From NCBI RefSeq assembly GCF_006345805.1, contig NC_042999.1:45446001-45510000 (forward strand): a stretch of DNA of 64,000 nt, given 5' to 3'. Source of the DNA: Octopus sinensis (taxonomy: Eukaryota). The notes beneath the pieces were generated by a model. That model ran no database searches. It was not told the DNA's origin and worked only from the letters and a program-made list of their open reading frames with translations. Position numbers and translations under genes: made by a program. Every line of letters starts with the position of its first letter. Positions within the stretch are counted from its first letter, which is position 1. Below are positions 10,984 through 23,486 of the stretch, piece after piece.

Positions 10984-11402
10984 GTCGGTACCATCCGAAC
11001 GTAGCCGATGCCAGCACTGCCTTGATTGGTTCCAGTGCCGGTGGCACATAAAATGCACCATCCGAACGTGGCCGATGCCAGCGCTGCCTCGACTGGCTCC
11101 AGTGCTGGTGGCACATAAAAAGCACCATCCGAACGTGGCCGATGCCAGTGGCACGTTAAAAGCACCAACCGATCATGGCCGATGCCGGACCCCTCTGGCA
11201 CCTGTGCAGGTGGCACGTAAAAAGCACCCACTACACTCGCGGAGTGGTTGGCGTTAGGAAGGGCATCCAGCTGTAGAAACTCTGCCAGATCAGACTGAAG
11301 CCTGGTGCAGCCCCCGGCTTCGCAGACCCCGGTCGAACCGTCCAACCCATCCTAGCACGGAAAACGGACGTTAAACGATGATGATGATGATGATGATGAT
11401 GA
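10984..11402 (+). mobile_element. 5'-truncated RTE LINE 3' UTR
   Basis: Subrepeats accatccgaacgtggccgatgccag, then the conserved tail ending ggacgttaaac(gat)n. Confidence 0.85.
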
Positions 11403-12036
11403 TATATATATACATATATATATACACACAGACATACATACATATATCTATAAATTTATGTATGCTAAGCCATCATCATATGATGACTTAGCTGACTGAA
11501 ACTTCGAAGATACTTCCACAACATTCTTGAATGAGAAAAATAAATTTGTACTCTACAAAATTAAAACTTGTTCTATCCTTGGTAAGCAAAACAAATCAAA
11601 CAGGACCGTGACAATGAACAGCAGTATTAGCAAGAATGAAACCATGTCTAATATAACCAGGAATTTTCCCTTATCAGCTGCTAATCACACACACACACAC
11701 ACACACGTGCACACACACACATACGCACACACATGTATGTACTTAATGCATATATATGTTCGTGTGTGTATGTATATATACATATATATATCTATCTGTA
11801 CATATACATACATATATATATATATAGGTATGTATATATATAGCTATATATTTATATATGTATGCGTGTGTGAGTATACACACACACACACACATATATA
11901 TATACTTACATATGTGTGTGTATATATATAAACATATATATATGTATATGTATGTATATGTATAGATGTATAAGTATAGATGTTTATGTATCTATGTAAG
12001 TGTGTGTGAGTGTGTGCTTGTGCTTGTGTGTGTGTT

Positions 12037-12067
<31 letters not shown>

Positions 12068-12120
12068 GTGTTATGTATATAAGGTATGTATGTATCTATG
12101 TATGTGCGTGTGTGTACTTA

Positions 12121-12152
<32 letters not shown>

Positions 12153-12630
12153 ATTGCTATGTCTTTTCTGAAACAACCTGTCTATGCTAAATATCTTGTT
12201 CAAAATGACAACAAAACACCAGCAGTAGAGATTTCTGTTCCTAACTCAGTTTATTACACTAAATCACATGATGCCAGCACATAATCCTAATCCACTCGGC
12301 TATAATAGGTTCAAGAAAAAGCCAAAATTATATTTACCATGTTCAGTTTGTTGCACATCAGATTGCAGTTTTGTTTTGTGTTTCCCTTTTTTTTTTTTGT
12401 TATGACGTGTAACCAATGTGCATAATACTTGTAAATATCTAAGAACCACAAGGACAGATATATGAACTGCATCACGAGATACCATTCCATCATGAATTCA
12501 CCTTGATGGGAACTTCTATTCAATATTCTCCACTTTGATACAGTAGTAGTTTTCTCTGTCAGCTCTGGAAGTTTTATCTATTTTGTTGTGTTTTTTTTTT
12601 CATCTATTCTACTTTAAAATCTACACGTCT

Positions 12631-12970
12631 AGGCGTAGGAGTGGCTGTGGGTAAGTAGCTCGCTTACGAACCACATGGTTCTGGGTTCAGTCCCACTGCG
12701 TGGCACCTTAGGCAAGTGTCTTCTACTATAGCCTCGGGCCGACCAAAGCCTTGTGAGTGGATTTGGTAGATGGAAACTGAAAGAAGCCCGTCGTATATAT
12801 GTATACATATATGTGTGTTTGTGTGTCTGTGTTTTTCCCCCCAACATCGCTTGACAACTGATGCTGGTGTGTTTACGTCGCTGTAACTTAGCGGTTCGGC
12901 AAAAGAGACCGATAGAATAAGTACTAGGCCTCAGTCGAATGACTGAAACAGGTAAAAGAGTAAAGAGAGT
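12631..12970 (+). mobile_element. SINE family A with an internal deletion near the 3' end
   Basis: Head aggcgtaggagtggctgtg; tail gactgaaacaggtaaaagagtaaag. Confidence 0.9.
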
Positions 12971-13265
12971 CTATTAGGTTCACTCATTTGCTTTTTGAGC
13001 AAGCTCTATATGACTGACCATTTCACGTAACACTTTCTTTTCTGCTGGCTATCAGCTCACTATTCTCAATGGTTGGATTATGCTTACTTAGTTAACACAT
13101 TTTGTCCAAGAAGAACATGATGCAAAAGGAGCCAAAAAAAAACAACCAACAACAGCAGTGCAATCACCTCCACCACCACCACCACCACCACCACCACTGC
13201 CAACAACAAGATTAAAAGCATGAACAGGAATGACTTTACTGTTAAATTTATCACATTTGGCTTAC

Positions 13266-13371
13266 CTTAGCCAGTATAACAATTGTAATCAAACACAGCA
13301 TTTTTAACTTTGAAGATTGTGTTACTGACAAACCACAGTAGGCAGCCAGTCAGCCTACTTTAAACAATCTT
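13266..13371 (-). other. Candidate minus-strand exon containing an ATG (MLCLITIVILAK)
   Basis: Donor AAG|gtaagc, acceptor acacgcag, AAAATG context; no downstream partner exon confirmed. Confidence 0.25.
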
Positions 13372-13650
13372 CTGCGTGTTTAAGCTAGTAAATGAGTTGA
13401 ATAAGCATACGTTATACTGAAAATGAAATTTTCTTAACTTATCCAATCGCTACTGACTGAAATGAGCTGTCATTTTGAAATTAGTATACAACAAGTAACT
13501 TGGTTTCATAACTTACAATAATACGACAAAAATAATTTTGAAGAAGAACACTAAAGTGTTTGAAATGATAGAGTAATTGATTAAACATCTTATGAGTAAT
13601 TGGTTTTGACCCTGGTTGTTTTGAGTTCAATTCTTGCCAGGGTAGACCTC

Positions 13651-13820
13651 AGATGCAGGCATGACTGTGTGGTTAAGAAGTTTGCCTTGCACCTGCATGG
13701 CTTCAGGTTTCAATCTCCTTGCAAGACAACTTGGGTAAGTTTTTTTTCTACCATGGGTATAGGTTGACCAATGTTTTGTGAAGGAAATTTGATTGATGGA
13801 AACTGTATGGAAGCCTGTTG
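13651..13820 (+). mobile_element. Degenerate SINE family A 5' half
   Basis: agatgcaggcatgactgtgtggttaagaag...gatggaaactgtatggaagcc. Confidence 0.6.
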
Positions 13821-14099
13821 GAGGGATTGTTTCTGTTCTTGGATGATTGATATTATCTGTCATTTGGTTTCAGAATAGCACCTGATCATTGGTTGCCTTC
13901 AGTGAAGTCCAGACTGTTTCAAAGCTAAGTTTTCTCTCTGAGGAAATCTTCCTTTCACTTTTCACCAATGTCAGAGATCCAAGAAAGGTTTTATAAATGC
14001 CCCTATTGCTCTGTTGAGGTGGTCGTGGTGGGGGGAGGGGGGGCGTAAGGGCACCCAACATAATCTGTCATCCTTCTAAAGTCAATAAAATGAATGCTG

Positions 14100-14420
14100 T
14101 TCATGTACTAAGACGAATTCAATCTATTTACATTGTTCCCCAGCCAATAAATCTTTGAAGTTTTTACTCATGTAACAAGTCAGTACAGATACTAGCAAAT
14201 AGTTTGTTCGATGGTTTTCATAAACAAGTGCTTGTGCTCTTGTAAGATTCATTGGTCCAGAATGGCTTTGATTTAATAGAGGTATAATGTGACCAAAACA
14301 TGGTAGTATCATGAAAACCCTTCATACCAATGAATCATGTGTAATGAAAATATCACTTCTACGGAGATTTTCTCCAACTGTGAATCTGCCAGATTGTTTA
14401 TGAATGGTTTCAGATTTTAG
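14100..14420 (-). mobile_element. Possible Gypsy-like integrase zinc-binding fragment
   Basis: IIPLLNQSHSGPMNLTRAQALVY loosely resembles the retroviral-type integrase HHCC region; very degenerate. Confidence 0.3.
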
Positions 14421-15055
14421 CCCAAGGCTAGCAGTGTTAGTAGGGGAATGTTGGTCAAGTACATTGGCTCCAGTGCTCAACTGGTACTTATCTTAACCCC
14501 ATAAGGATGACAAGTAAAATCAGCCTTAGCAACATTTGAACTCAGAACATAAAAGGTTAGAAGAAATGCTGTTGTCAGACAAGATTCTCTGCAGTATCTA
14601 TTCAAGTCTCTTTATATTCTGAATTTAATCCAGCAGAGGTCAACTTTGCATTTCATTATTTCAAGGCTCATAAAATAAAGTGCCAATCAAATACTCGAGT
14701 TTACAGTATTGACTAATGTCTAATTCTTGCACCCAAATTTCAAGCCTTCTTCAAGATGCATTTCTCTATACTATGCCAGGAATCTTTAACCACGATAAGC
14801 TTTGGTATGGTCGTCAGTTTCCTGTTGTGTGTCTCTGCCTCAATTTCATGTAGTTGAGTGGTCTTTGTAGTCTATTATCAACTCAAATTATAAAAATAAT
14901 CAAATTTGTAGTTCAATAACACAAGTTTTGTCCTCTGTTATAATTACATTTGCATCCAGAATGTTTCACTGGAGTATAACCTTTCCTCCCTATTATTTGA
15001 CTGGTGTTTTATTTATCAACCCCCATTAAAATGGAAGGCAAAATTGACATAAATT

Positions 15056-15472
15056 TACTCTTACTCTTTTACTCTTTTATTTGTTTCAGTCATTTGACTG
15101 CGGCCATGCTGGAGCACTGCCTTTAGTCAAGCAAATTGACCCCAGGACTTATTCTTTCTAAGCCCAGTACTTATTCTATCGGTCTCTTTTGCCGAACTGC
15201 TAAGTGACGAGGATGTAAACACACCAGCATCAGTTGTTAAACAATGCTAGGGGAACAAACACAGACACACAAACACACACACATACATATTATATATATA
15301 TACATATATACGACAGGCTTCTTTCAGTTTCCATCTACCAAATCCACTCACAAGGCATTGGTCGGCCTGGGGCTATAGCAGAAGACACTTGCCCAAGATG
15401 CCACGCAGTGGGACTGAACCTGGAACCATGTGGTTGGCTAGCAAGCTACTTACCACACAGCCACTCCTGCGC
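15056..15472 (-). mobile_element. SINE family A, full length
   Basis: Tail (tactcttt)n through head ...ccacacagccactcctgcgc. Confidence 0.92.
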
Positions 15473-15494
15473 TTATTTAAAAACTTTTGTTTCA

Positions 15495-15917
15495 TATCTA
15501 GCATGGTTAGGATATTTTGCTTACAATCGTAAGATCATAAGTTTGGAAATCAGTGGCACCTCGTATTCTTGAGCAAGACACTTTATTTCATGTTGTTCCT
15601 GTTCACTCAGCTGGTAAAAATGTCACATTCTGTGTCACGCTGACTCTCCCTGAGAACTACATTAAGGATACATGTGTCTGTGAGGTACTCAGCCACTTAC
15701 TCTTTTTACTCTTTCACTTGTTTCAGTCATTTGACTGCACCCATGCTAGAGCACTGCCTTTAGTCGAGCAAATCAACCCCAGGACTTATTCTTTGTAAGC
15801 TTAGTACTTGTTCTATCAGTCTCTTTTACTGAACCGCTAAGTGACGGGGACGTAAACACACCAGCATTGGTTGTCAAGCAATGTTGGGGGGACAAACACA
15901 GACACACAAACACACAC

Positions 15918-15951
<34 letters not shown>

Positions 15952-16230
15952 CTATATATATATATATACACATATATACGATAGGCTTCTTTCAGTTTCT
16001 GTCTACCAAATCCACTCACAAGGCTTTGGTTGGCCTGAGGCTATAGTAGAAGACACTTGCCCAAGGTGCCATGCAGTGGGACTGAACTCGGAGTCATGTG
16101 ATTAGTAAGCAAGCTACTTACCACACAGCCACTACTGTGCCTACGTTAATTGTACATTAATTTCACGAACAAGCTGTTCCATTGATTGGACCAACTGAAA
16201 GCCTTGTCATCATATCTGACAGAGTGGCAG
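15495..16230 (+). mobile_element. Older C-head SINE split by a SINE-A insertion
   Basis: Head and core at 15495-15697; tail aatttcacgaacaagctgttccattgat resumes at 16143 and matches the rc of the 19965-20270 copy. Confidence 0.65.
15698..16142 (-). mobile_element. SINE family A, full length
   Basis: Same layout as other copies, with internal (CATA)n(TA)n. Confidence 0.92.
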
Positions 16231-17037
16231 TACTTCTTTCTGTCATAGATACAGGGCTTGAAATTTGAAGCAGGGTGGAGCATGGGGTGTTTAGCCAATT
16301 CCAGAGCTTAACTGATACTTTATTTTATCAACTCCAAAATAACAAAAGGAAAAGTTGACCTCAGCTAGATTTGAAATAAGGATGTAAAGAGCTATAACTA
16401 AATACTGCAAGACATTTTGTCTACTACTCAAATGGTCAGTGTCAGTTTCCTAACCCCGCCTTACATTTGATAACATTGATTTCTCACATTAGTGCAAATG
16501 GAATATTTGAAGAATATAGATAAAGACTGAAAGACATTTCTGGAATTTTCTTTATTGCTGCTTGAGAGATTTTAGAAAATTTGCACCACTGGTATTTGAA
16601 CCTAGAATGTAAAAGGCTGTAAAATGAATATCTCTGGCATTTTGTCAGACACACAAACAATCCTGCCTGATCTGAGGAAGCAAGCCTGTTACATTAGAAT
16701 ACCAACCTGAACTTTAGATCATGACCCACAAAACTAAACAAGCCAAGTATATTGGAAACTTGTTAGCTTTTTCTAGCCAAGTCCATCCTCTTTATATCTG
16801 AGTGTGTTTTTTTTTTTTTGCAAAGTTAAAGAATGCGGCCTCTGTGGTTATCATATCAATGAGGGATACCAATAATTGGGTTCTCCACCAATTAGAAATA
16901 GCAGCTGTCATTCAGGCCACATCTCAGCATCATAAACAAATCAGGACACATTAAACAATTACAGGGTGGTAGCGCTTTGCATCTTACAGTGTGGGTAGGT
17001 TGCGTTGTGAGATGACTTTTGGTGAATTTACACTATT

Positions 17038-17442
17038 TACTCTTTACTCTTTTACTCTTTTACTTGTTTCAGTCATTTGACTGCGGCCATGCTGGAGTAC
17101 TGTCTTTAGTCGAGCAAATCGACCCCGGGACTTATTCTTTGTAAGCCCAGTACTTATTCTATCGGTTTCTTTTACCGAACCGCTAAGTGACGGGGACGTA
17201 AACACACCAGCATCGGTTATCAAGCAATGCTAGGAGGACAAACACATACACACAAATACATATATATATACATATATACGACAGGCTTCTTTCAGTTTCC
17301 GTCTACCAAATCCACTCACAAGGTATTGGTCGGCCTGAGGCTATAGCAGAAGACACTTGCCCAAGATGCCACGCAGTGGGACTGAACCCGGAACCATGTG
17401 GTTGGTAAGCAAGCTACTTACCACACAGCTACTCCTGCGCCT
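17038..17442 (-). mobile_element. SINE family A, full length, relatively young
   Basis: Many CpGs retained; tail (tactcttt)3. Confidence 0.93.
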
Positions 17443-17586
17443 ATTTGTCTACAATGAGAAAGTTTCTCCATGACAAAACACAATGAATAGCTTTCTTATG
17501 GGTTCAAATACGTCCCAAGCATATTTGAACTGGTCATAACCTTGCATTTATACACATTAAATAAAGTATTCCTATTCCTAGATATT

Positions 17587-17852
17587 GTGTGGAGGTACGT
17601 GGCTTAGTGGTTAGGGTGTCAGCATCATGATCGTAAGACTGTGGATTTCGATTCCTGGACCGGGCGATGCCTTGTGTTCTTGAGCAAAACACTTCATTTC
17701 ACGTTGCTCCAGTCCACTGAGCTGGCAGGAAATGAGTAACACTGATGGACTGGTGTCCCGTCCAGCTGGGGAACACATACGCCATAGAAACCAAGAAACC
17801 AGGCCCATGAGCCTGGCTAGGCTTTAAAAAGGTGCATTTATTTTTTATTTAT
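17587..17852 (+). mobile_element. SINE family C with 14-bp TSD
   Basis: A box tggcttagtgg, B box gatttcgattcc, (TTTA)n-like tail; TSD tattcctagatatt at 17573-17586 and 17853-17866. Confidence 0.9.
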
Positions 17853-18265
17853 TATTCCTAGATATTACTTCTTTCTTTGTTACACCATCAGACTGATGAA
17901 CATCCTAACAGTGTAAGGTTCATTCCCAAGTTCAAGCATTATAAGGAATTTTCATGCAAGAATTCAAAGCTGGTTTCTTGTTACCTTTTGCCAGGTGTTT
18001 TTTTTTTCATTTTTTTTTTTACTCGACATGTCAGCTAGAAACCAGCAAGTTTACTTCACCTTCCAGGGCATCCAGAATGTAAAGAATCAGGACAAATACT
18101 GCAAAGAATTTCATTTAATATTTTCATGGTTCTGCCAATCCACTGATTGGGAATGGTACTTTATTAATTTATTGACCCTGGAAAACCCTGGAAGGAAGTA
18201 AAGTTGACCTCAACAAGATTTGAATTTGGAATGAAAGAGCTGAAATAAATACTGTAAGGCATCTT

Positions 18266-18619
18266 AATGAATCTATCAATTTACCAATTTTTGGACAGGA
18301 TAATATACTAAATCAGAAAACAAGACTGAATGGTCATCAATGTAATAACTTGGACATGTCAACGAATCTGTCAATTTGTCAACTTTTGTCCAAGTTAATA
18401 TACTAAGTCAGAAAATAAGATTGAATGGTCATAAATGTAATGCCTTTGACATGTCAACGAATCTGTCAATTTACCAGTTTTTGTCCAAGGTAGAATACTA
18501 AGTCAGAAAATAAGACTGAATGGTTAGAGTTGTAATATCTTTGACATCAATTTTTGTCCAAGTTAATATGCTAAGTCAGAAAATAAGACTGGATGGTCAT
18601 AAATGTAATGTCTTTGACT
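18266..18619. repeat. 95-bp tandem repeat, about 4 copies
   Basis: aa(c/t)gaatct(g/a)tcaattt recurs at 18266, 18361 and 18456; fourth unit shortened. Confidence 0.85.
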
Positions 18620-18753
18620 ATAGGTCAGCTCAGTCAGGGAAGCCCTGTAGTTAAACAAAAGCTACATTAAATTTGTACATTTGACTCCAAGGAATAGAGA
18701 AACAAAGGATGTTTCCTTAGCTTCAGGTTTGTGAAATGAAATATGTAAGAAAA

Positions 18754-18957
18754 AGGCGTAGGAGTGGCTGTGTGGTAAGTAGCTTTCTTACGAACCACAT
18801 TGTTCTGGGTTCAGTCCTTCTGCATGGCACTTTGGGCAAGTGTCTTCTACTATAGCCTCGGGCCGACCAAAGCCTTGTGAGTGAATTTGGTAGACAGGAA
18901 CTGAAAGAAGCCCGTTGTATATATGTATGTATATATGTATATATACATATATACATA

Positions 18958-18988
<31 letters not shown>

Positions 18989-19190
18989 GTGTGTGTGTGT
19001 ATGTTTGTGTGTCTGTGTTTGTCCCTCCAACATCACTTGACAACCAATGCTGGTGTGTTTACATCTGCGTAACTTAGCGGTTTGGCAAAAGAGACCAATA
19101 GAATAAGTCCTGGGCTTGATTTGCTCGACTAAAAGCAGTGCTCCAGCATGGCCACAGTCAAATGACTGAAACAGGTAAAAGAGTTAAAAT
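18754..19190 (+). mobile_element. SINE family A, full length
   Basis: aggcgtaggagtggctgtgtgg...gactgaaacaggtaaaagag. Confidence 0.92.
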
Positions 19191-19466
19191 GTAAAGAGAA
19201 ATGATGATAATCTGTTACTTGTAACATTTCTAGATGATCAGGTAATAACCCATTCCAGGTAGCTAGGTGAGCTGATGCAATGTAAAAATAAAAAGCTTTG
19301 CCCCAGAATTACGTTGAAACAACTTCAGTGAGTTTGAACCCATGGCTGAAACATAAGAAGTCCAATGATTTATTCCCGTGGACATCTATTCATCCTTAAT
19401 ACTAGCAAATACAGGCATATCTCAGCTAATGATCTTTTGACTTTACATGGTTTTATTTTTAAGAAA

Positions 19467-19861
19467 TACTTGCAGTATCGCCCGGCGTTGCTCAGGTTTG
19501 TTTCGACCCATTAGAATTGGAATTTTTGAAAAGTAAAAATTTTGCATTATGTAGATTGTTATTCTCTTTAAGTGAACATTTTTCTGGTTGAAATACACTG
19601 AAAAATGGCGACACAGCAGTCAAAAAATCATAAAAAATAGGGATTTTCATAGAAAGAAAAGCACCTTTTGATGTAAATAACTTTTGGTGTTAACATGGTC
19701 CGATTTGAATTTTTTCTTCTATGGAAGGAAGAGCAAGCCTTCTTCTATCATACACTCAATTTTGGTCAACTTGTGCCGCAGGGTCTTGGAGGAGATAGTG
19801 TTAGTTGAAGGCTACCAAACCTGCCATACACAGACAACTTCAGCTTTATATATAGAGAGAT
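19467..19861. mobile_element. Non-autonomous Helitron/Helentron-like (DINE-1/HINE-type) element
   Basis: Starts tacttgcagtatcgcccggcgttgctc (ACTAGC...CCCGGCGTTGC-like); ends gctttatatatagagagat. Confidence 0.6.
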
Positions 19862-19964
19862 AACTCAACTTCAGTCAATTTATCTGATTTTACAAGGCAA
19901 ACATAGACTCAGCAAACATTCAAAAGCATAGAAATATCTAAAAACCAATGGCTTGCCTCTCTAT

Positions 19965-20270
19965 CAGTTATGATGATGAGTGTTCCTGTTGATCTGATCA
20001 ATGGAACAGCCTGCTCATAAAATAAACATGTAAGTGTTGAGCACTCCACGTGTTGACACGCATACCCTTAATGTAGTTTGTAAGGAGATTCAGCGTATAA
20101 CAAGGTGTAACAAGGCTGGCCCTTTGAATTACAGGTACAATTCAATTTTGCCAGTTGAGTGGACTGGAGTAATGAGAAATAGGGATTGCTCAGGGACACA
20201 ATCTACCACCAGGAATCAAACCGATGGTCTTATGAGAACAAACCAAATACCCTTGCCACTATGCCAAGTA
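19965..20270 (-). mobile_element. C-head SINE with gctgttccattgatc tail
   Basis: Core gagtggactggag on +; tail shared with 16143-16230. Confidence 0.65.
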
Positions 20271-20289
20271 GAAAATCAAACAAAATACA

Positions 20290-20430
20290 TGTGAAAATAT
20301 GTACAAACCATTTATTAAAATATATGTAATTTAATAAATAATTTAAAATGACTTTTCATGTTATGTCATTTTTCGAGTTAAGTTGCATGTCTTGGAACCA
20401 ATTATTGACATAAATCGAGGTAGGCCTGTA
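20290..20430 (+). mobile_element. Tigger-like terminal fragment
   Basis: Ends ggaaccaattattgacataaatcgaggtaggcctg-TA, similar to the 32620-32648 terminus. Confidence 0.5.
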
Positions 20431-20750
20431 CTTTTGTAAGAATAACATCTTCAACAGACAAATGGACAGGATTGGAAAAGCAATATTAGATATTGTGTCT
20501 TGTGCTGTTTTGATTTTCATTTAAGCACAAACATTGGCATGAGATTGAGAAGATAAATATGCAATTTTCATCTTTAAGAAACTCTTGAAATGGAAACCAA
20601 AAGACTACAGCACAGCTAGACTCACATTAATTTCATATACATCATCATCATCATCATCACCGTCATCGTCGTCGTCATCATCATCATTATCATGATTGTC
20701 ATCGTCATCATCATCACCTTCACCTTCACCATCATTATCGTCATTGTTAT

Positions 20751-21128
20751 TACCTCAGCTTTAGCAAAGGCAGAGGTATTATTTCAGTTGTGTTTGTTTG
20801 TTTGTGTGCTTGTTTTTCCATGGACAAAATAAATCAAGAACCGCTCAATGGATTCGAATGAAACTTTCAGGAATGTTTGGCTTCGTGACTGGCACAAACT
20901 GATTAGATTTTGGGATCGATCTGATACCTGACAAGGATTCTAAATTATTTTCCTGTTTTTTGTTTGTTTATTTTTACTTAATTTATGAGAGCAGTTGGGT
21001 TTTTTTTTTAGTATTCTTGTTTGTGAGAGCAGTTGAGTTTATTTTAGATATTCTCATTTTAAAAATCATCTCTGGCTAATCGTTGACAGGACGTTAGTGT
21101 TAGTGTTGCCTTGGTGGAGGTTGGTGCT
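20751..21128. mobile_element. Helentron-associated (HINE-like) non-autonomous element
   Basis: 5' hairpin acctcagctttagcaaaggcagaggt, (GTTT)n, and 3' subterminal inverted gccttggtggaggt. Confidence 0.55.
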
Positions 21129-21889
21129 TACAAAGAATAAGTTCTGGGGTCGATTTGCTCAACTAAAGGTGCTGCTCCAGCATGGCCACAGTCAAATGAC
21201 TAAAACAAGTAAAAGAGTAAAGAGTATGCTACTGCCACAAAAGAGGAAACTCTATAAATCATTTTTAATCCTTTCTAATATAAGCAGAAAACCTGAAATT
21301 TTGGGAGAGGGTGAGTTGTTGTCATTAACCCCACTACTTGACTGGTATTTCTTTCATTAACCCTAAAATAATGAAAGGTAAATTTGAAGTCAAAATACAA
21401 AACCTGAGACAATGCAGCCAAGAATTTTGGAAAGTGTGCTAACAATTCTGCCTGCCCACCGCCTTGGAATTCTATAAACAGACAAAGTCATAGGTGATAT
21501 TAGGTTCTTGATTTAAAGTTCAGTCAGTCTAGGTAAATAACTCAAATATCAATGAATACTTGAAATGAAATGATTCTTACAACAAACTCAAGAAGAGAAA
21601 TTGGAGCCTGAAACTGCAAGTCAATTTCTTCAGCTTCTGCTATGTAAATTTGTAGACCAAATTCCAAACTAATGTTACAGAAGCATCATCCCTTCAACAC
21701 ATTCAAGTTCAGGCTTGATCAGGTTTTCCAGAACCATAGATCAGTTGAAAAACTAACCTAATGCTTTCCTCACTCGCTGACCAAATAAATTGAGTTTGAC
21801 AGAACAAAGAAAACGGATCAGAATACCAGAATCATAGCATAAACGAATTGCAACCACAATTGTTATTTTTATTATAAAACTATAAACAG

Positions 21890-22186
21890 TTAAAGAGAAA
21901 GAGGAGAGAGAGAATGGGAGAGAGAGAGAGCGGGAGAGAGAGTGAAAGGGAGAGAGAGAGAGGGAGAGAGAAAGGTGAGAGAGAAAGGGAGAGAGAGATG
22001 GAGAGAAAGAAGGAGGGAGAGAGAGAAGGAGAGAGTGAAAGGGAGAGAGAGAGGAGAGAGAGAAGGAGAGAGTGAAAGGGAGAGAGAGAAAGGGAGAAAG
22101 GGAGAGGGAGAGAGTGAAAGGGAGAGAGTGAAAGGGAGAGAAAGAAAGGGAGAGAGGGAGAGAGAAGGAGGGAGAGACAGTGAGGT
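21890..22186. repeat. Complex polypurine (GA) tract with recurrent gtgaaaggga motif
   Basis: Directly visible. Confidence 0.9.
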
Positions 22187-22254
22187 AGTATGTTAACGAG
22201 ATAAATAGATAAATGTGTATGAACGTGTGTGTACATATAAATATATATATATGT

Positions 22255-22286
<32 letters not shown>

Positions 22287-22479
22287 ACACTCACACACGC
22301 ACACACATATTTGTGTAGTATCGATGGGCAATGAGATAAAGGAATGATGAGAGACGGAGAGAAACAGAATGTTTAGAAGGTGAAAAAGTGGTCGATAGTA
22401 AGTGAGAGGGAACATAATTTCTAAAACGGGGGATATTGGAGAAAAGTTAATGAACTGAAAAGACATTCCTCCCACCCTT

Positions 22480-22557
22480 CAGACATATAAATGTGTGTGT
22501 ATGTGTATATATCTATATAGCTGCTCATATATACATATGCATATATTTGTACATACA

Positions 22558-22636
<79 letters not shown>

Positions 22637-22637
22637 G

Positions 22638-22704
<67 letters not shown>

Positions 22705-23091
22705 AATATCTATATGCATATATATATATATATATAATATATATATGTGTGGATATATATGTACGAATATTATATGTATGAATATAAATGTATATAAATA
22801 TAAATATATGTATACACACACACACACACATATATATAAAATTTTATATATATCAGTAAGATGAATAGGAGATATATATTAGGATATTTGGTTAAATATA
22901 TAGTGTGTGTGTGTGTATACACATTCATATATGCAGATGCATAAAGCTTATGTACAAACAAATTAACACAGTTCTCTATATATATATACATACATAAATA
23001 TATATATATATATATATATATTATATTATATATTATATATAATATATATATAATATATATATTATATATATGTATGTATATATATGTATAT

Positions 23092-23128
<37 letters not shown>

Positions 23129-23170
23129 CACACATATATATATACATACATACATATACATATATATATT
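22480..23170. repeat. Long imperfect (TA)n/(CA)n microsatellite block
   Basis: Directly visible; similar blocks at 24540-24840, 26390-26760, 32660-33000, 45000-45800, 46490-46830 and 48545-48805. Confidence 0.95.
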
Positions 23171-23486
23171 AGCCAAGAACCTACGCAACATATGTCTATG
23201 TAATATAAATACATGGACAGAATGGGCCTCAAATATTACCACATAAAAGAAAATATTTTGCAGAAAATTCTTGCTGCATATCAAGATATTTTGGTGACTA
23301 TTCATCTCATCAGCTCTTCTTCAGCTAAAGAGAGCATATACATATTTATGTGAGTATGTGTGTGTATTACAGTTAGTTTTTATCTCAAGTTGATATAAAA
23401 AAAAAACCCCAATTAAACTGAAAAATTACTTAATAGATATTAGTGATGTACATGCTAATTAAAAACATAATTAATCCTTTCTACTT

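Noticed and set aside
9799-11128. ORFs with PTEIKEGADRDQRGCRQRSKRV repeats
   Set aside because: Reverse-strand translation of the 22-bp minisatellite; no splice or start context.
21753-22475. 240-aa minus-strand ORF (and 50099-50803)
   Set aside because: Mostly (CT)n/(TG)n translation.
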